A stretch of 64,000 bases of DNA, taken from NCBI GenBank assembly GCA_964016885.1, contig OZ024750.1, positions 23,870,001-23,934,000 of the forward strand. The letters run 5' to 3'. The translations under genes and the position numbers were made by a program. Numbering within the stretch: position 1 is the stretch's first letter; every line of letters begins with the position of its first letter. The notes beneath the pieces were generated by a model that saw only the letters and a program-made list of their open reading frames with translations, searched no databases and was not told the DNA's origin. Of this stretch, positions 12,100-40,259 are shown piece by piece. The DNA comes from Eledone cirrhosa. Taxonomy: Eukaryota.

Positions 12100-12830
12100 G
12101 GGGTCACATCTCATTATATTCTGTAAATAATGAACATGAGAGGTGAGAGTATGCACCCTTGGCGGAGTCTGACTCCCACATTGAATAGTTGCAATTTAGC
12201 ACCATTTATCTGAACACAAATACTCAGGCATTCATATAGAGACATCAGGGCTGCAAGAAGCTGACCATCCATCCCATGCTCCTGCACAGCCTTCCACAGC
12301 AGGTCCCAAGGAACGACAAAACAAGAATATATTTATTGGCAATACTCCAATTTCTCGAATACCTGTAGCAGTGTGAATATTTGGTTGACTGTGCTGTGTC
12401 TGGGGCGAAAACCACACTGTTCATCAGATAGCTCGGACTAGACAATCTCCCTGCATCTTTTTGCCAGACACTTAACACAGACTTTATCAGGGAGGCTTAA
12501 GAGAGAGAGATATATATAATTGAAACAATCTCTTTTGCCTCCCTTTTTGAAAATTGGGACTATCACTCCCGATTGCCATTGCTTAGGTGCTTTTCCAGAG
12601 ATCCAGGCAATTTGGTGCACACAGTCAGCCAGAGAATACCTTCTCTATTTAAGGCTTTTAACATCTCGGGCTGGATTTCATCTTCCCCAGAGACTTTGCC
12701 ACATTTGAGCTCTTTAACTGCTCTTGTGACCTCAGCCTCTGAGAGATTAGTCACGGCTCCCAGATGCACCTTGTGTACATCCGAAGATGCTGTTGTTATC
12801 AAGTTTAGGAGATCAGCTAAGTATTTTCTG
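12100..12830 (-). mobile_element. Degraded RTE-group LINE RT fragment (second family)
   Basis: EVTRAVKELKCGKVSGEDEIQPEMLKAL; PKQWQSGVIVPIFKKG; LSLLSLPDKV; GVRLRQGCILSPL, with frameshifts. Confidence 0.85.
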
Positions 12831-13114
12831 CACCTTTCTGAAAAGAGGAGAACCCTAGACGCATTCTTGATAGGTGTGGAGAACGGCTTCTAATTTTAAT
12901 AATTCATTTCTAGGATTTCTTAGCATTTAAACCAGCTGTATCTGGCCAGAATTCTTTCACCTCTTTCTGTTCAAACCAGCCCCTCATACTGTATAAATAT
13001 TAAAATTTCATAGATTCAATATTTTTAGTGTGTAATTGAATGTACCCCCCCCCCCCCCTCCCCCAGTCTTTTGTTTTCTAACTCCTTTCTTTTAAAAATC
13101 TTAAACATTATACC

Positions 13115-13410
13115 AGGAGCATGCAACAGGCAGCCCGTGGGCCACAATCCGGCCTGCGATGACCGTTTTTAATTTTTACCCTGTAGGTTTATTTAGAATT
13201 TTTTTCTTAACCGTAATACAATTTTCTATTAGTTGACCTATACTAAAGGGCTTCACTGATAGGGTTATGTGTGTTATAATTTCTCAGTTCCATGTTATGG
13301 AAAGAAGTTGTGGTGGATCTTTGGAATAGTGCTTAATAAATATTAATGGCCCTAATAGTTGTTCCAATGTTCAAAAGTGGCCCGCCAATGGAATATGTTG
13401 CCCACCCCTG
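13115..13410. mobile_element. hAT/Charlie-like MITE
   Basis: Ends cagg..gcaac / gttgcccacccctg with internal ggccc/gggcc motifs typical of hAT MITEs. Confidence 0.55.
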
Positions 13411-14181
13411 TATTTGATATCCAAATAACTTGATAAAAATCAACAAAGCATCCTCATTGGGTTATATTTAAGAGTTTTATTTTGGATTTCATTTTGATTT
13501 TGTTTCCTACTTCTATGGATTATATGGGAAATCCTTAAATATTGTGGCCCAGAACACATATTCTTTAGCTATAGTTTGATAAAACATGTACTGCTATATT
13601 CAGGGATTACTGGGCCAGCACCTGAGTATCAAGTGCCTTAGGCTAGCTCCACTGTTCCCAAATATAATAATTTCAACTCAGTTTGGGAAACTGATGAACC
13701 TAGTTTTTAACACATTTTTTCTGATCAGGAAATTACAAAGCTTGCATTTTCCACTACACAGTTCACATTCACACATGAAATCATGTCATTGGCCATAAAA
13801 CCATATGACCTTCTCTATTGGTTTGCATATTTCCACAATCCTGCTATGTAGCAAAGTTGTTTAGCAATATACTTATTGAACACAGGAAATCATTATATCA
13901 TTATAGTTAACGTCCGTTTTCTCTGCTATACTAAAGTAAATTAAACAAATTTGTATAAAACTATGGCCTTTAAGGTTCAGTAATGGGTCTCTCTGAATTC
14001 TGTACCCAAGGCAGCTGCCCAGTTAGACTTAATGGATGTACTGGTCCTGCCTGTAGCTAGTCTCATCTTTAACTGTCCTGACTGTCTTGCCACTAGATCC
14101 TGGATGATCCAATACAAGATAGTGTGGATAATGCTGTGTCTGTTCTCACTGTTTAAATACTCTAGCAACAAACTTGTATTG

Positions 14182-14510
14182 AAGCAGCTCAGAATATTGG
14201 TCATTTTCTACTGACCGATGTAGCAGCTTAGAACATTGGTCATCTTTTACTGACCGATATAGCAACTTAAGCCACAGACCTACACAGAGGCAGCTGAGAA
14301 CATTGGTCATCTCTTCTACTGACCAAAGTAGCAAATGCAGCCACAGACCTGTACACAAACAGCTCAGAACATTGGTCATCTACTGACCAATGTAGCAACT
14401 GCAGCCATAGACCTATACACAGGCAGCTGAGAACATTGGTCATCTACTACTGTCCGATGTAGCAGCCCAGAACATTGGTCATCTTTTACTGACTGAAGCA
14501 GCAATGCAGC
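14182..14510. repeat. Compound minisatellite with long and short units
   Basis: Six copies of cagctcagaacattggtcatct(tc)tactgaccgatgtagca, with an optional gccacagacctacacag insert. Confidence 0.8.
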
Positions 14511-14684
14511 CCTGTAGCACCTTAAGTGACTGAACTGCCCACTTTAGAAGTGCATTACCCACCTCCTTGTCCAAGATATACTATGCCTGAAAATAAGAAG
14601 ATGGGATAGTTACAGCTGGGATGTCTTTGATCATATGTCTGCTCAATCATGGCTGAACTGGGAGTAAATGACAACAACATAAAG

Positions 14685-14945
14685 CTAGGGATTATCTAAC
14701 ACATAGGATCTGGCATTGGACATGCAAAAAATAATCAGGCAAAATGGGGATATTTAAAGGGTGGGGATGTTGTATGTGACTGCGGCATCAAACCACAGAC
14801 TACACAGCACCTGGTATGCCACCTGCTGGAACCCCCCTGCACAGCATTGGACTTGGCAGAGATTAATGAGAAAAAACAGCAATGTGTTCAGCTGTGGCGG
14901 GACCACATCTAGCTAAGCTTTGTAGCTGACACTCTCGTGGACATT
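14685..14945 (+). mobile_element. C-terminal fragment of an Ingi/Vingi-like LINE
   Basis: Translates to KWGYLKVGDVVCDCGIKPQTTQHLVCHLLEPPCTALDL...W, a CDCG-QT-H-C zinc-knuckle end. Confidence 0.55.
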
Positions 14946-15867
14946 AGAATCTATCATATTTATAATATAATTAATCTACATTTTCCCCAATGTTTGAATA
15001 CATCAAAATGAATTTGAATATTAAAAACAATGTATCTGATATAGGACTGTAGTAAAGCAGAAAGTAAATGAAAATAAAATATACATGAATAGAGAGGCCT
15101 ACAGATAGAACAATGTTGAGATTCCAGCATCGATCCATACCAACCTCTAAAACAGAAATGACACCCAAAGAAAAAGAAATGCATTTATTATAATATTTTA
15201 AATTTTGATATAAATATGCTTCATCAGGGGCCCCTTGACTATGAGGCTCTGTAAATCTGTACTGTAAATCTGGTGCTGATCTCTCAGCATTGTTATCTAT
15301 TTCACATTTGAAAATATTAATAGAAAGAGAGAGCAGAGTTTTATGCTCCCTTGTTACAGCTCACATCTTTGTGAGAGAGAGAAGTAGAGAGAGAACCACA
15401 CAAGTCAAAAATATTGAATAACAAAGATTTCTTAATAGAGAACATATACATTTAGTCAGTTTTGTGAATTAGCTTTTAAAATTTATTTATTTAAATAGCT
15501 TATTAATCAGCTAATTGTTTTAAAAATTGTACAGATTGATGATGATGAAGGAAATCAAACCTTAGAGATATATATGTCCATTGCAAAGTCTGAGCAATAT
15601 GAAGGCAATGAGAAAAAACAAAGGTAACAAAGACCATTTGAGACAAGAATTATAGTTCCAATGAAATTATGGACTTTTACCTATAGGAATGATTCTGTTG
15701 TTGTTGATTTTTAGTAATGAGGCTGAATCCATGAAATTCTTTGTGGAAATTCTTCTCCTGTGAATTCTGTTGTTTAATGGAGAATCAGACTTTCCTGCTA
15801 TTTTGTAGCCACACTTCAGTCGAAATATGTACAATTCAAAGAAAGTTCAATTTTTTAATTTCCAAAG

Positions 15868-30798
<14,931 letters not shown>

Positions 30799-30989
30799 TC
30801 TCACCTGAGGAACAGAAAATATCTGAAGATGAAGCCTGTTAATTCAAATGTTTATAGTGTCTTTATTAGCAAACAGATTGTTGTGAAAATTTGCAGTATT
30901 AGAGCAAAAAGTTGACTTGTTTTAGGTTTAGTCCCACTGTGTGGCATTTGGGAAAATGTCTTCTACTATAGCCTAAAGTTGACTGATGC

Positions 30990-32290
30990 CTTCTTCTTCG
31001 GAGGGTCATGTCTTTAAGAGAGTCCTATCAGAAACAGCTGTCTCCAAATGATCCAGTTGGATCCCCACATCCAACCATCTTGCCCATGGTCTACTTCTGG
31101 GTCTTCTGTTGGTTGATTTTGCCTTAGATATTCTAACCTCATATCCGTAGTACCAGAGTTGTGACCTTTTGATATGGAGAAGTAGCAGCTCTATCTTGAG
31201 CAATTCCTTGATCTCTAAGCAATACACCCTTTCGAGTAACATTACACCAAATACCCTTCAGAGGAACCCATTTCGGCTGCTTGTATTCATGGAATGAAGA
31301 GATATTATTGAGTTCAAGCTAGCTGATGAAAAGTGTGGTTTTCACAGCCAACCAAATATTTACTCTGAGGCAGATCTTCAAGAAATCATGGGATTATTGC
31401 CAAGAGGAGTGTAATGGAATACTCCAATGTTTTACCTGGCGAAGATTCAAAACCGAATCTAAGAGTTCTTTTACTCTTTCTCATTCCTGGCCTTACAGGC
31501 TCTCACATTTCATACCAGCTCGGCAGATTGACCAACTACGTATGTTACGTATAGACACAGTAGGTTTACTTATATTTTCCCCTACTCTTTCATCTTCCTG
31601 TTATTTCACTTCTATTGTATCGTTTTATTGATACATGCATACATGCAAGCTCAAAGTAGCTAGTCAGAAAATAATGTAGTGATAATTGCTGTCACTTTAT
31701 TACTTGACATTCAATGTACCAACAAGTGAATTTTGTTTATTGTAAATAAACATTGTCAACATCACAATCCTGGCATCATTCTTTTTATCATTCATCCTGA
31801 AAAGAATACATCTATCTACTACATAATGGTGACCCCCATCACTACAGGAGTATGCTTGTTTAGTGGACCTGAAAACAGCATATGACCAGATTCCATGCAA
31901 CTTGTTGTGGAAGGCCCTGCAAGAGTATGGGATCGTCGGATAGCTTCTTGTTGCCGTGAAATCTTTATATGAATGCCCTAGTATTTGTGTTTGAATAAAT
32001 AGTGGTAAGTTGAAACCATCCATAGTGGTTGTCAGACTCTGCCAAGGGTGCGTATTGTCACCTGTCCTGTTCATAATCTTCATGAACAGGACTGACATGC
32101 ACAGCCAGGCTGGAAGTGATATCAAGACTGGCGGGAGTAGGAACAGTCGTCTGAAATTTGCAGACAAGATGGTGTTATTTAATTTGTTGAAAAGTGATCT
32201 CCAACATTCACTAGATGGGTTTGCTGCCAAGTGCTGCATGGCAAGGATGAAAATCAGAGAAGAAAGACTGAGATACTTATCCGTTGGTGA
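30990..32290. mobile_element. Degraded second-family RTE-group LINE: 3' part on - strand (30990-31290), RT part on + strand (31320-32290) with a roughly 440-bp interruption
   Basis: Plus strand: QIFTLRQIFKKSWDY, VDLKTAYDQIP, LCQGCVLSPVLFIIFMN, LKFADKMV. Minus strand: IQAAEMG, LLHIKRSQLWYYG, RPRSRPWARW. Confidence 0.8.
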
Positions 32291-32539
32291 CAGGATAAAA
32301 GGCATCCAGTACACTCAGTAAATTTGTTGGTGATAGGAAGTGCATCTAGCCAAAGAAAACTTGTCACACAAAGGGTAAAGAGAACTCTTCTTCAATTGTA
32401 TCAAAGACATGACAACCTCTTTAGTGTTGGTGCTATGATAAAATGTATGGTGTACTCTGTTGAGTGCAAGATCAGTGACACTGATTGAGCATTTATTTGC
32501 TCTATTATGACCCAACCTTTACTAACAAGGAAAATGACA

Positions 32540-32754
32540 TTAACCCTTTAGCATTTATTTTACTCTATATTTACTATTGTATTTTCATGGTAAACACTTT
32601 ATTTCACATACTATCGAATCTATGAGATTTTGATATTATTTATTTCGAGAACAATACCTTAACATAAAATGAACAGCCGGTTATGACTGGTTTGAACAGA
32701 AAAAGGTGAGAGAATTCTGACCGGATATGGCTGGTTTAAATGCTAAAGGGCTAA
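32540..32754. mobile_element. TTAA-flanked MITE with CCCTTTAGCATTTA termini (piggyBac-like); other copies at 3801-3984, 16564-16766, 28028-28255, 33731-34137
   Basis: ttaacccttta gcattta ... taaatgctaaagggctaa; shared internal sequence among copies in both orientations. Confidence 0.75.
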
Positions 32755-33904
32755 ATGCTGATTATCAAAAATATATATATGATCATGCCTATACACACAC
32801 AAACGTTTACTAGAAAAATCTTCATTTTGGTCTACTTGATAACACAATCCAATACTTTATTTGAAAATGTTCTGTTAGTTTTTATGAAAATAATCTGGCC
32901 AACCAGCATACAGGGCTACCTTTCAAAATGACACAATATCTAGTACTTTCTATATGCACCTCATTCTACAGCTGTGTGACTTTAATTGTTCCACTTCACT
33001 GCACAACTGTCATAGTTATACAGCAGACAGGTAACACACATAGTTATTGTAGTCTGTAGAAGTTTGTCAGTAAATGTTGAAACTTTAATTAAACAACTAA
33101 ACAATACTTTATTCTGGTGCTAATTGCAATGTCTACTTACATTATATTTTTTTTACTAGTTTCAGACATTAGACTGCAGCCATATTGACAGTAGGGTACT
33201 GTTTTAAAAAGGGATATAGTTGATCGTATCAATCCCAAGAGTTATTTTGATTTTCAAGTCTAGTATTTATTTTATAGGTTTCTATTTGTCAAACTCTTAA
33301 ATCATGGCACACAGACGACACACACACACATGTATTCATCATCATCGTTTAACGTTCAGTTTTTAAAATTATGCAGGAAGATTTTAATTTAAATAGGAAC
33401 ACTTTTTAAAAAATGTGGATTTAGGTGGGTTGGTATCAAAAGGGTTATGTGTAGATCAGCTTCTAACAATATGAAACTATTTCTGTAGATTTGAAAAGAA
33501 TTTCAAGAGAGGAAATTGAGAAAAGGAGTTAGTTGTTAGTTAATAAAATAGGTTTAACAACACCTGGGATCTTTGGGAAAATACATTTAAATAAAAGGGG
33601 TCCTTGGTTTTAAAAAGTTTGGAAACCACTGACGTAAAGCCCTCTTTGTATAGATAATTAGTTATTGAATAATGAAACTGATCAGCTTTACTTATTGCAA
33701 GAATATGTACTTGTAAATGAGGGAGTTGCATTAACCCTTTAGCATTTAAACTGGCTGTATCCGACCAGAATTCTCTCACCTCTTTCTGTTCAAACTGGCT
33801 GTAACCAGCCGCTCAAACCTACATTAAAAAATAAATAACATTAAAATCTCATAGATTCGATATTATGCGAGATAATTATGTGAAAATACAATAGTAAATA
33901 TAAA

Positions 33905-34084
33905 ATAATTGTTTCTACTTTAGGCACAAGGCCAAGCAATTATCCAGTGCATTACTGGTACTTTATTTTATCGACCCCGTAAGGATGAAAGGCAAAGTAA
34001 ACCTCGGCGGGATTTGAACTCAGATCGTAAAGGGACGTAACTATGCTGGAAAGCATGGCGTCAAACCCTCTACCGATACTGCCA
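33905..34084 (-). mobile_element. SINE family A copy nested in a TTAA MITE, with 19-bp target-site duplication
   Basis: atagtaaatataaaataat at 33891-33909 and 34101-34119. Confidence 0.85.
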
Positions 34085-34697
34085 TAGTAAATATACACCC
34101 ATAGTAAATATAAAATAATGTAAATGCTAAAGGGTTAGAGATGATTTTCTCAGGTGATCTGCAGCTGCAAGCATACACACTTTAGGATAGTGTCATCTGT
34201 AGCAACACCTCAAGCTACTCAATGCCAACAGTCATAGCTGGAGTACTGACCAAGGAAACTGCTGAATATCAACACAGACATGTCTTGGTCCAAGAAAATG
34301 GAGACTTGTTGCAAGATACTTGTAGATAAGTATCAACACTACCAGATGATGTAGCAGATGTGTACAGGGTTTTAGATGAGAAATTTCGCTTAGTGGTTAG
34401 GGTGTAGGACTCACAATCATAATGTTATGGGTTTGATCCCAGGACCAGGTGACATATTATTTCACATTGCAACAGTCCACACATCTAAAAGAAAAATGTG
34501 TACCAGCAGAAACTAAGGGTTAATCCCTGCAAAATACTGGTATCCAGTTGAAGAGAGCATTTTTTCATGATAGAACTTGGGTTCATCATCATTAAAACAA
34601 TTGATAAGATGCAACCTTGTAGGAGATCAGCTAAACCTACAAAGTACAAGCTGTAACAGCAACAACAATTTTAACAGTTATAGTGCTGTACGCTTAC

Positions 34698-34899
34698 TTC
34701 TTTCACAGCTGACTCCCTTTTTTTTGGATGGCTATCTCCGTCCTGATCACAGTAAGTAGAGAGATGATTCAGGGACCCAGGATGTCAGATGTTTCAATAG
34801 CTGAACCTATTGGAGATTAGTCAGTATTTTGACAGCTTACAATCTTCAGTTTGTTCGGCTATGGAGTCTAGATCTGATGCTGAATTCACCAGTTTTCTG
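34698..34899 (-). other. WDR5: Candidate WDR5 5'UTR exon (alternative donor at 34840)
   Basis: ctttctcCAGCAG acceptor and gtaagc donors in non-repetitive sequence. Confidence 0.35.
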
Positions 34900-35025
34900 C
34901 TGGAGAAAGTGTCACTGACTATATTAAAAGCCAGTTTACATAATAAGAATCACCATTCTTGTTTGATGAATTTTCAAATAATAAAAACAAACAAACAACA
35001 ACAAAACCAATAAAATTCAACTTAC

Positions 35026-35056
35026 TGGATACATGACTGGCTGATGTTAAGATGTC
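35026..35056 (-). other. WDR5: Candidate WDR5 upstream micro-exon (31 nt) carrying an ATG
   Basis: Polypyrimidine acceptor tttttttttctatcccag and donor gtaagt; ends ATG TAT CCA. Confidence 0.5.
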
Positions 35057-35388
35057 CTGGGATAGAAAAAAAAAATCCTGGAAAATGAAAAATTAACTAT
35101 AAACACAGAGATAACTTTAAAACAACAACAATTACTACAAATACTACTAATATAATAATAATGGTTTCTAATTTAGACTGTTTTGGAGAAGGGGAAAGTC
35201 GATTATAACGATCACAATACTAGACTGGTACTACCTTTTACTGACTCTGGAAAGATAAAAGGCAAAGTTGTCCATAGCAGGATATGAACTCAGAATGCAA
35301 AGATCTGGAACAAATGCTGCAAAGCATTTTGTCAAGATGTTCTAATAACTCTGCCAATCCAACGCCCTATTATTACTTACTATTATTA

Positions 35389-35580
35389 GGGCGGTAGATT
35401 GGCAGTATCGTTAGAGAGTCGGACGCCATGCTTTCCAGCATAGTTTCGTCCATTTACGATCTGAGTTCAAATCCCGCCGAGGTTGACTTTGCCTTTCATC
35501 CTTACGGGGTCGATAAAATAAAGTACCAGTATTGCACTGGGTAATTGCTGGCCTTGTGCCTAAAGTAGAAACAATTATTA
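35389..35580 (+). mobile_element. SINE family A copy
   Basis: gggcggtagattggcagtatcgttagag...gagttcaaatcccgccgagg...tagaaacaattatta. Confidence 0.88.
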
Positions 35581-35851
35581 CTAATAATAATTTCTTTATT
35601 TGCCATAAGGGCATAAGGGTATATATATATATATATTATATATATATATTATATATATACACAAGGACAAGATACATATGCATGGGTGAGGGTTTATATA
35701 TAATCCTGTAAAAATAAAAGTAAAAAAGTAACAAGAATGAAGATAATAACAATGAAAAAGTCCCTAATAGGAAGGAGAGCTATCTAGAGTTACTCAAGGA
35801 ATCCCCTCAAAACTTAGTTCACCCTAACCACCAAGAGTAAATGCTATCATT

Positions 35852-35980
35852 AATAATTGTTTCTACTTTTGGCACAAGGCCAGCAATTACTCCAGTGCAT
35901 TACTGGTACTTTATTTTATCGACCCCGTAAGGATAATGGCAAAGTTAACCTCGGCGGGATTTGAACTCAGATCGTAAAGG
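35852..35980 (-). mobile_element. SINE family A, 5'-truncated copy
   Basis: Reverse complement of 35455-35580 with few mismatches. Confidence 0.85.
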
Positions 35981-37111
35981 GCTTCTAATTTTGTTGCAAG
36001 GCCAGTATTTGGGATAAGAGAAATTTAATTAAATTGACTCCAGTACTTGATTGGTACTTTATTTTATCGATCCCGAGAGGCTGAAGGAATACAAGGAGCT
36101 GTAAGTAAATACTACAAATAATTTTATATGACACTTTAATGATTCTACCAATCACATTTTATCAATTTAACTCTCAAACAATTCTGTCAATCCAACTCCC
36201 TAATAATGATTTCTAACATAGGCACAAGGCCAGAAATTTTGAGGAGGGAAAATTGATTATATCGACATTGGAAGAACTAAAGGCAATGTTAACCTTGGAA
36301 GGAGTTCAACTCAGAATGTTAAGCGCCCTAATTAAATACCACAAATCATGTTATATGATCCTCTAATGATTCTGCCAATCTACCACCCTAATAATAATTG
36401 TTTCTACTTTTGACACTAGGCCAGCAATTTGAAGAGATGTGAAAGTCAGTAAAATTGACCCCAGTTCGTTACTGGTACTTTATTTTATTGACTTTGTAAG
36501 GACAAAAAGATCCAGAACAAATAATGCTAAGTATTTGTCAGACACTTTAATGAATCTGCCAATTCACTGCCCTCCTTCTTCTTCGCCCACTTATTCCTGA
36601 GAGGATCGTGGGAGCAGAATCCTAAACACTCCTTCCAGTGGGTCCTGTCAGAAACAACTGTCTCCAACTGATCCGGCTGGATCCCCAAGCGAGACCAGCC
36701 AAGGTCATGGATATTATCCAACAAGCTTGCTTGGGGGTCTACCCCTGGGTCTCCTGCTGGTTGATTTTGCCCATAAAATCTGCCCAGCAATTCTTTTATA
36801 ACTGAGTTGTGATCTCTCAATTCAGGGAAGTAGCGGTTCAAGCAGGAGTGACTCTTGGATCACCGAGCTATGCATTATGGCTTCTTGTATAGTCTTAATC
36901 AAGAAAATATCAATCTCTATTGTGGTATTGAGTACGCATTTCTCTCGACTGTCAATACTGTATATCTGGTTTAGAATAGGTACAACGAATTCCTGCGTGT
37001 CGTAGGAAGAAACTAAACGGATTAATGTCAGGAAGGGCATCTATCTGTAAAACATTGCCTCAAAAAGCCCTGTCTAATCCATACCAGTATAGAAAAGTCG
37101 ATGTAAAAGCG

Positions 37112-37167
<56 letters not shown>

Positions 37168-37389
37168 TATATATATATATATGTCAACAACTTACTGGCG
37201 AAACAGATCACTTTGGATTTGTACGTGTGTTATATAGTTATAGAGGTATTTATTTACGCTTTAATTTATATTTTTAATTATCGTGTCTATACTCTGCCTT
37301 TCATAGGTTATAGATTCCATACACTGGTAGTTTTTCCCTGTTTTATTGATAGCGCACTGTATCTCTCTCTAGTGTGTTACCTTTTCAAC

Positions 37390-37429
<40 letters not shown>

Positions 37430-37488
37430 TATATATATATATACACACACACAGATATTCATACATACACACACACACACATATTCAT

Positions 37489-37540
<52 letters not shown>

Positions 37541-37590
37541 ATTCATACATACACACACACAGAGATATTCATACATACACACACACACAC

Positions 37591-37623
<33 letters not shown>

Positions 37624-37897
37624 TACTAGTAATTGTGCTGAAGGTCAGGGACGTACAGTCCCATTCAGTTGTGGGTTTGTGTACGTGCTGCTGTGTAGTC
37701 AAACACTGAAAGCAGACAATACTAACAAATATGTTTACTAATCAACCACAACACACGTTATTAGTTATATTCGATCCTAAAGTATTGAAATATATATAGA
37801 CAATTATATAATAGTTTAATAAGGTCAAGTATAGGGTCTTCAGACTGCTTAACTGACTCAACCGTAATCTATTAATTTTCACTATGGTATTGAGTAC

Positions 37898-37936
<39 letters not shown>

Positions 37937-40228
37937 GAGATATTTAATTTGTTGGAAATCCAACAAATATAGATGTTTATAACTGATTCAGAGCACTCGA
38001 CAGTTTTCTGGAGTAAGTGTTCAATGACTTTCCAGAGATAACTTGAACCATTAAGGTATATTATCGTTGGTCATGTCAAATATTTATAAAACATTTTGTA
38101 TTTTATCTGATAGCGTACCAAAATTGTTGGTACCCTTGAAATATATATAATAGAATAAATATGATTTTATAAATATAGTTTCCATTTATTTAATATCATT
38201 GTATATATATATATTGAGAGACAGTAACAGGGATTTGCTTGTTTCACACATATTTCAACAGTCCCACTAACAACCAAGAAAATAGATCGATGTTACAGAA
38301 GCCAAACTACGCATTTACAAACGGTGTCGTCCGTATTGTGTACAGTACCATGAGATGTTATCTGTTTGTTATTATTATGCAATAAAGTAGGTAGTAGCAG
38401 ATATACATGGCAATGAAAGACAATGACATGTCGACTGTTAATAAACAGTTCAAAGCCTGTAAACTTGTAGTCCACTCGAAAGGCAGTTAAGCCCCACACC
38501 GCGTTGGGCTTTTACTAATTACCACACACACACATATATATATAGAGAGAGAGTTGAAAATGAAGGAATAAAACACAGGAGGCAATTGCACACAGTTATA
38601 TTAGATTCATGCTTGGTGTAAGTGGAGGAGGTTATGCGTGAGTGTTTGTGTAGTATTTGTACCTATACAGTACAGTTTAACCGAGACTGAGTAATAGGTC
38701 TATAAAAATATACACATTGGAAATATAGACATGCAAACATGTCCAATTTACCCATTTCCCAGCAAATTGAAATATATATATATATATATATTAATATTCT
38801 GAATTGATTCTTGACCCTAATTGAGGCCTCATCACAGAATATATACATCAAACAACCACAAGGAAATACGTAACTGACGCCCTTATTCTGTATGTAGTAA
38901 ATGTAGTAAAGTTGATTTAAGACGATCATAAGATTTACAAATCGGGACTTGGGGGAAAAATAGATAAACAAAACAAAAGAGCAAACATCGCAACATTGAT
39001 TTTACATTCAAATATTAAAAAATGGGTTATTCTTTATCGGCTTTATGACCAAAATGAAATTGTTTTCAAGCACTGAAGCCATCTAGTGTAACAGTAAAAT
39101 GGAACACATGGTCTTATTTTTATGTCCCATTAAAAAACATATTACGATATCGTCGTAATAGCTACGTTAATTCGGAAGAAATATTACTTTAACGTAATTT
39201 TCAAATAATATAATTACAAACTGAAATTTTAACCATTTTGTTACCATATTTCAAAGGATAGACATTGATTATGATTTTCAAATAATCAAGAATTTGGTTG
39301 GTTTTATTAAATGGTGTTTGGAATAAAACTTAAACAAAGGTTCTTACATAAAACTATGGTGGATGATTTTTTAGACAAATATAAACTTATAAAGAGGTTG
39401 AATGGATTTATTTATATAATTAAGTTTCACGTTATTAAGGTGGTGCTTGGAGGATAACAAATTATGGTGGAAAGTTTTTCGATAAATATAAACACTTTAA
39501 AACAGTTTTGTACCTTATGACCAGGGGCGGTTTCAGGAGGTTTGGTATCAAAAGGGTTAAATCATATATTATATCCTGGTGAGGTTCATTTGTAGAGATG
39601 AGTGAAGAAAGAAGAAGATTAGGTATATGATAGTCTTCTACGTGAGAGATTTATTTGTTTTACATGTAAAGTTGGCCATGTGTTATTTTAGGAGACAGTG
39701 GGAATGAAATAGTAGCAAGTATTACTATGAGATCGTAGTGATAATTAATTAAACATCGTCCAGTAGATTGGAAACAGATACATAAATTACATAATTATGA
39801 TGGAAATATATCGGATGATAAAATTCAGTAAATAATTACAGTAAGGACAATAAAGATAGATTTCCAAAATCCAGGCTAGCTTTTCTTCCGTTCTTCATGG
39901 AAACGAGCGAAGGCATCGTAATTTAAGAGAGAAATAAATATTGTTAGAGTTTTTTAATGGTTAAACAGAGGCTGGGGGACATACTTATCACATTATAAAT
40001 ATATCAAATGCACAGATATAACATGGTTAAAGTTGGCTAACATATTTATTGATCGGAGAAATCAGAAATAGCTAGGTTTGTTCAACAACGGAAAATATGA
40101 ATCCAAATCGTAAATGGGACAGTTAAAAAATATACCACGCCCCCTCCCACTCTCTATATATACACGGAGACACACATATACATTTATATAATCATTTAAC
40201 GTCTGTTTTCCCTGCTATCAAAAGTTGG

Positions 40229-40259
<31 letters not shown>

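Noticed and set aside
31700-32314. 204-aa minus-strand ORF
   Set aside because: It is the antisense shadow of a degraded LINE RT.
34750-34900. C/D box snoRNA in the WDR5 upstream intron
   Set aside because: No proper RUGAUGA/CUGA pair with a terminal stem on the transcribed strand
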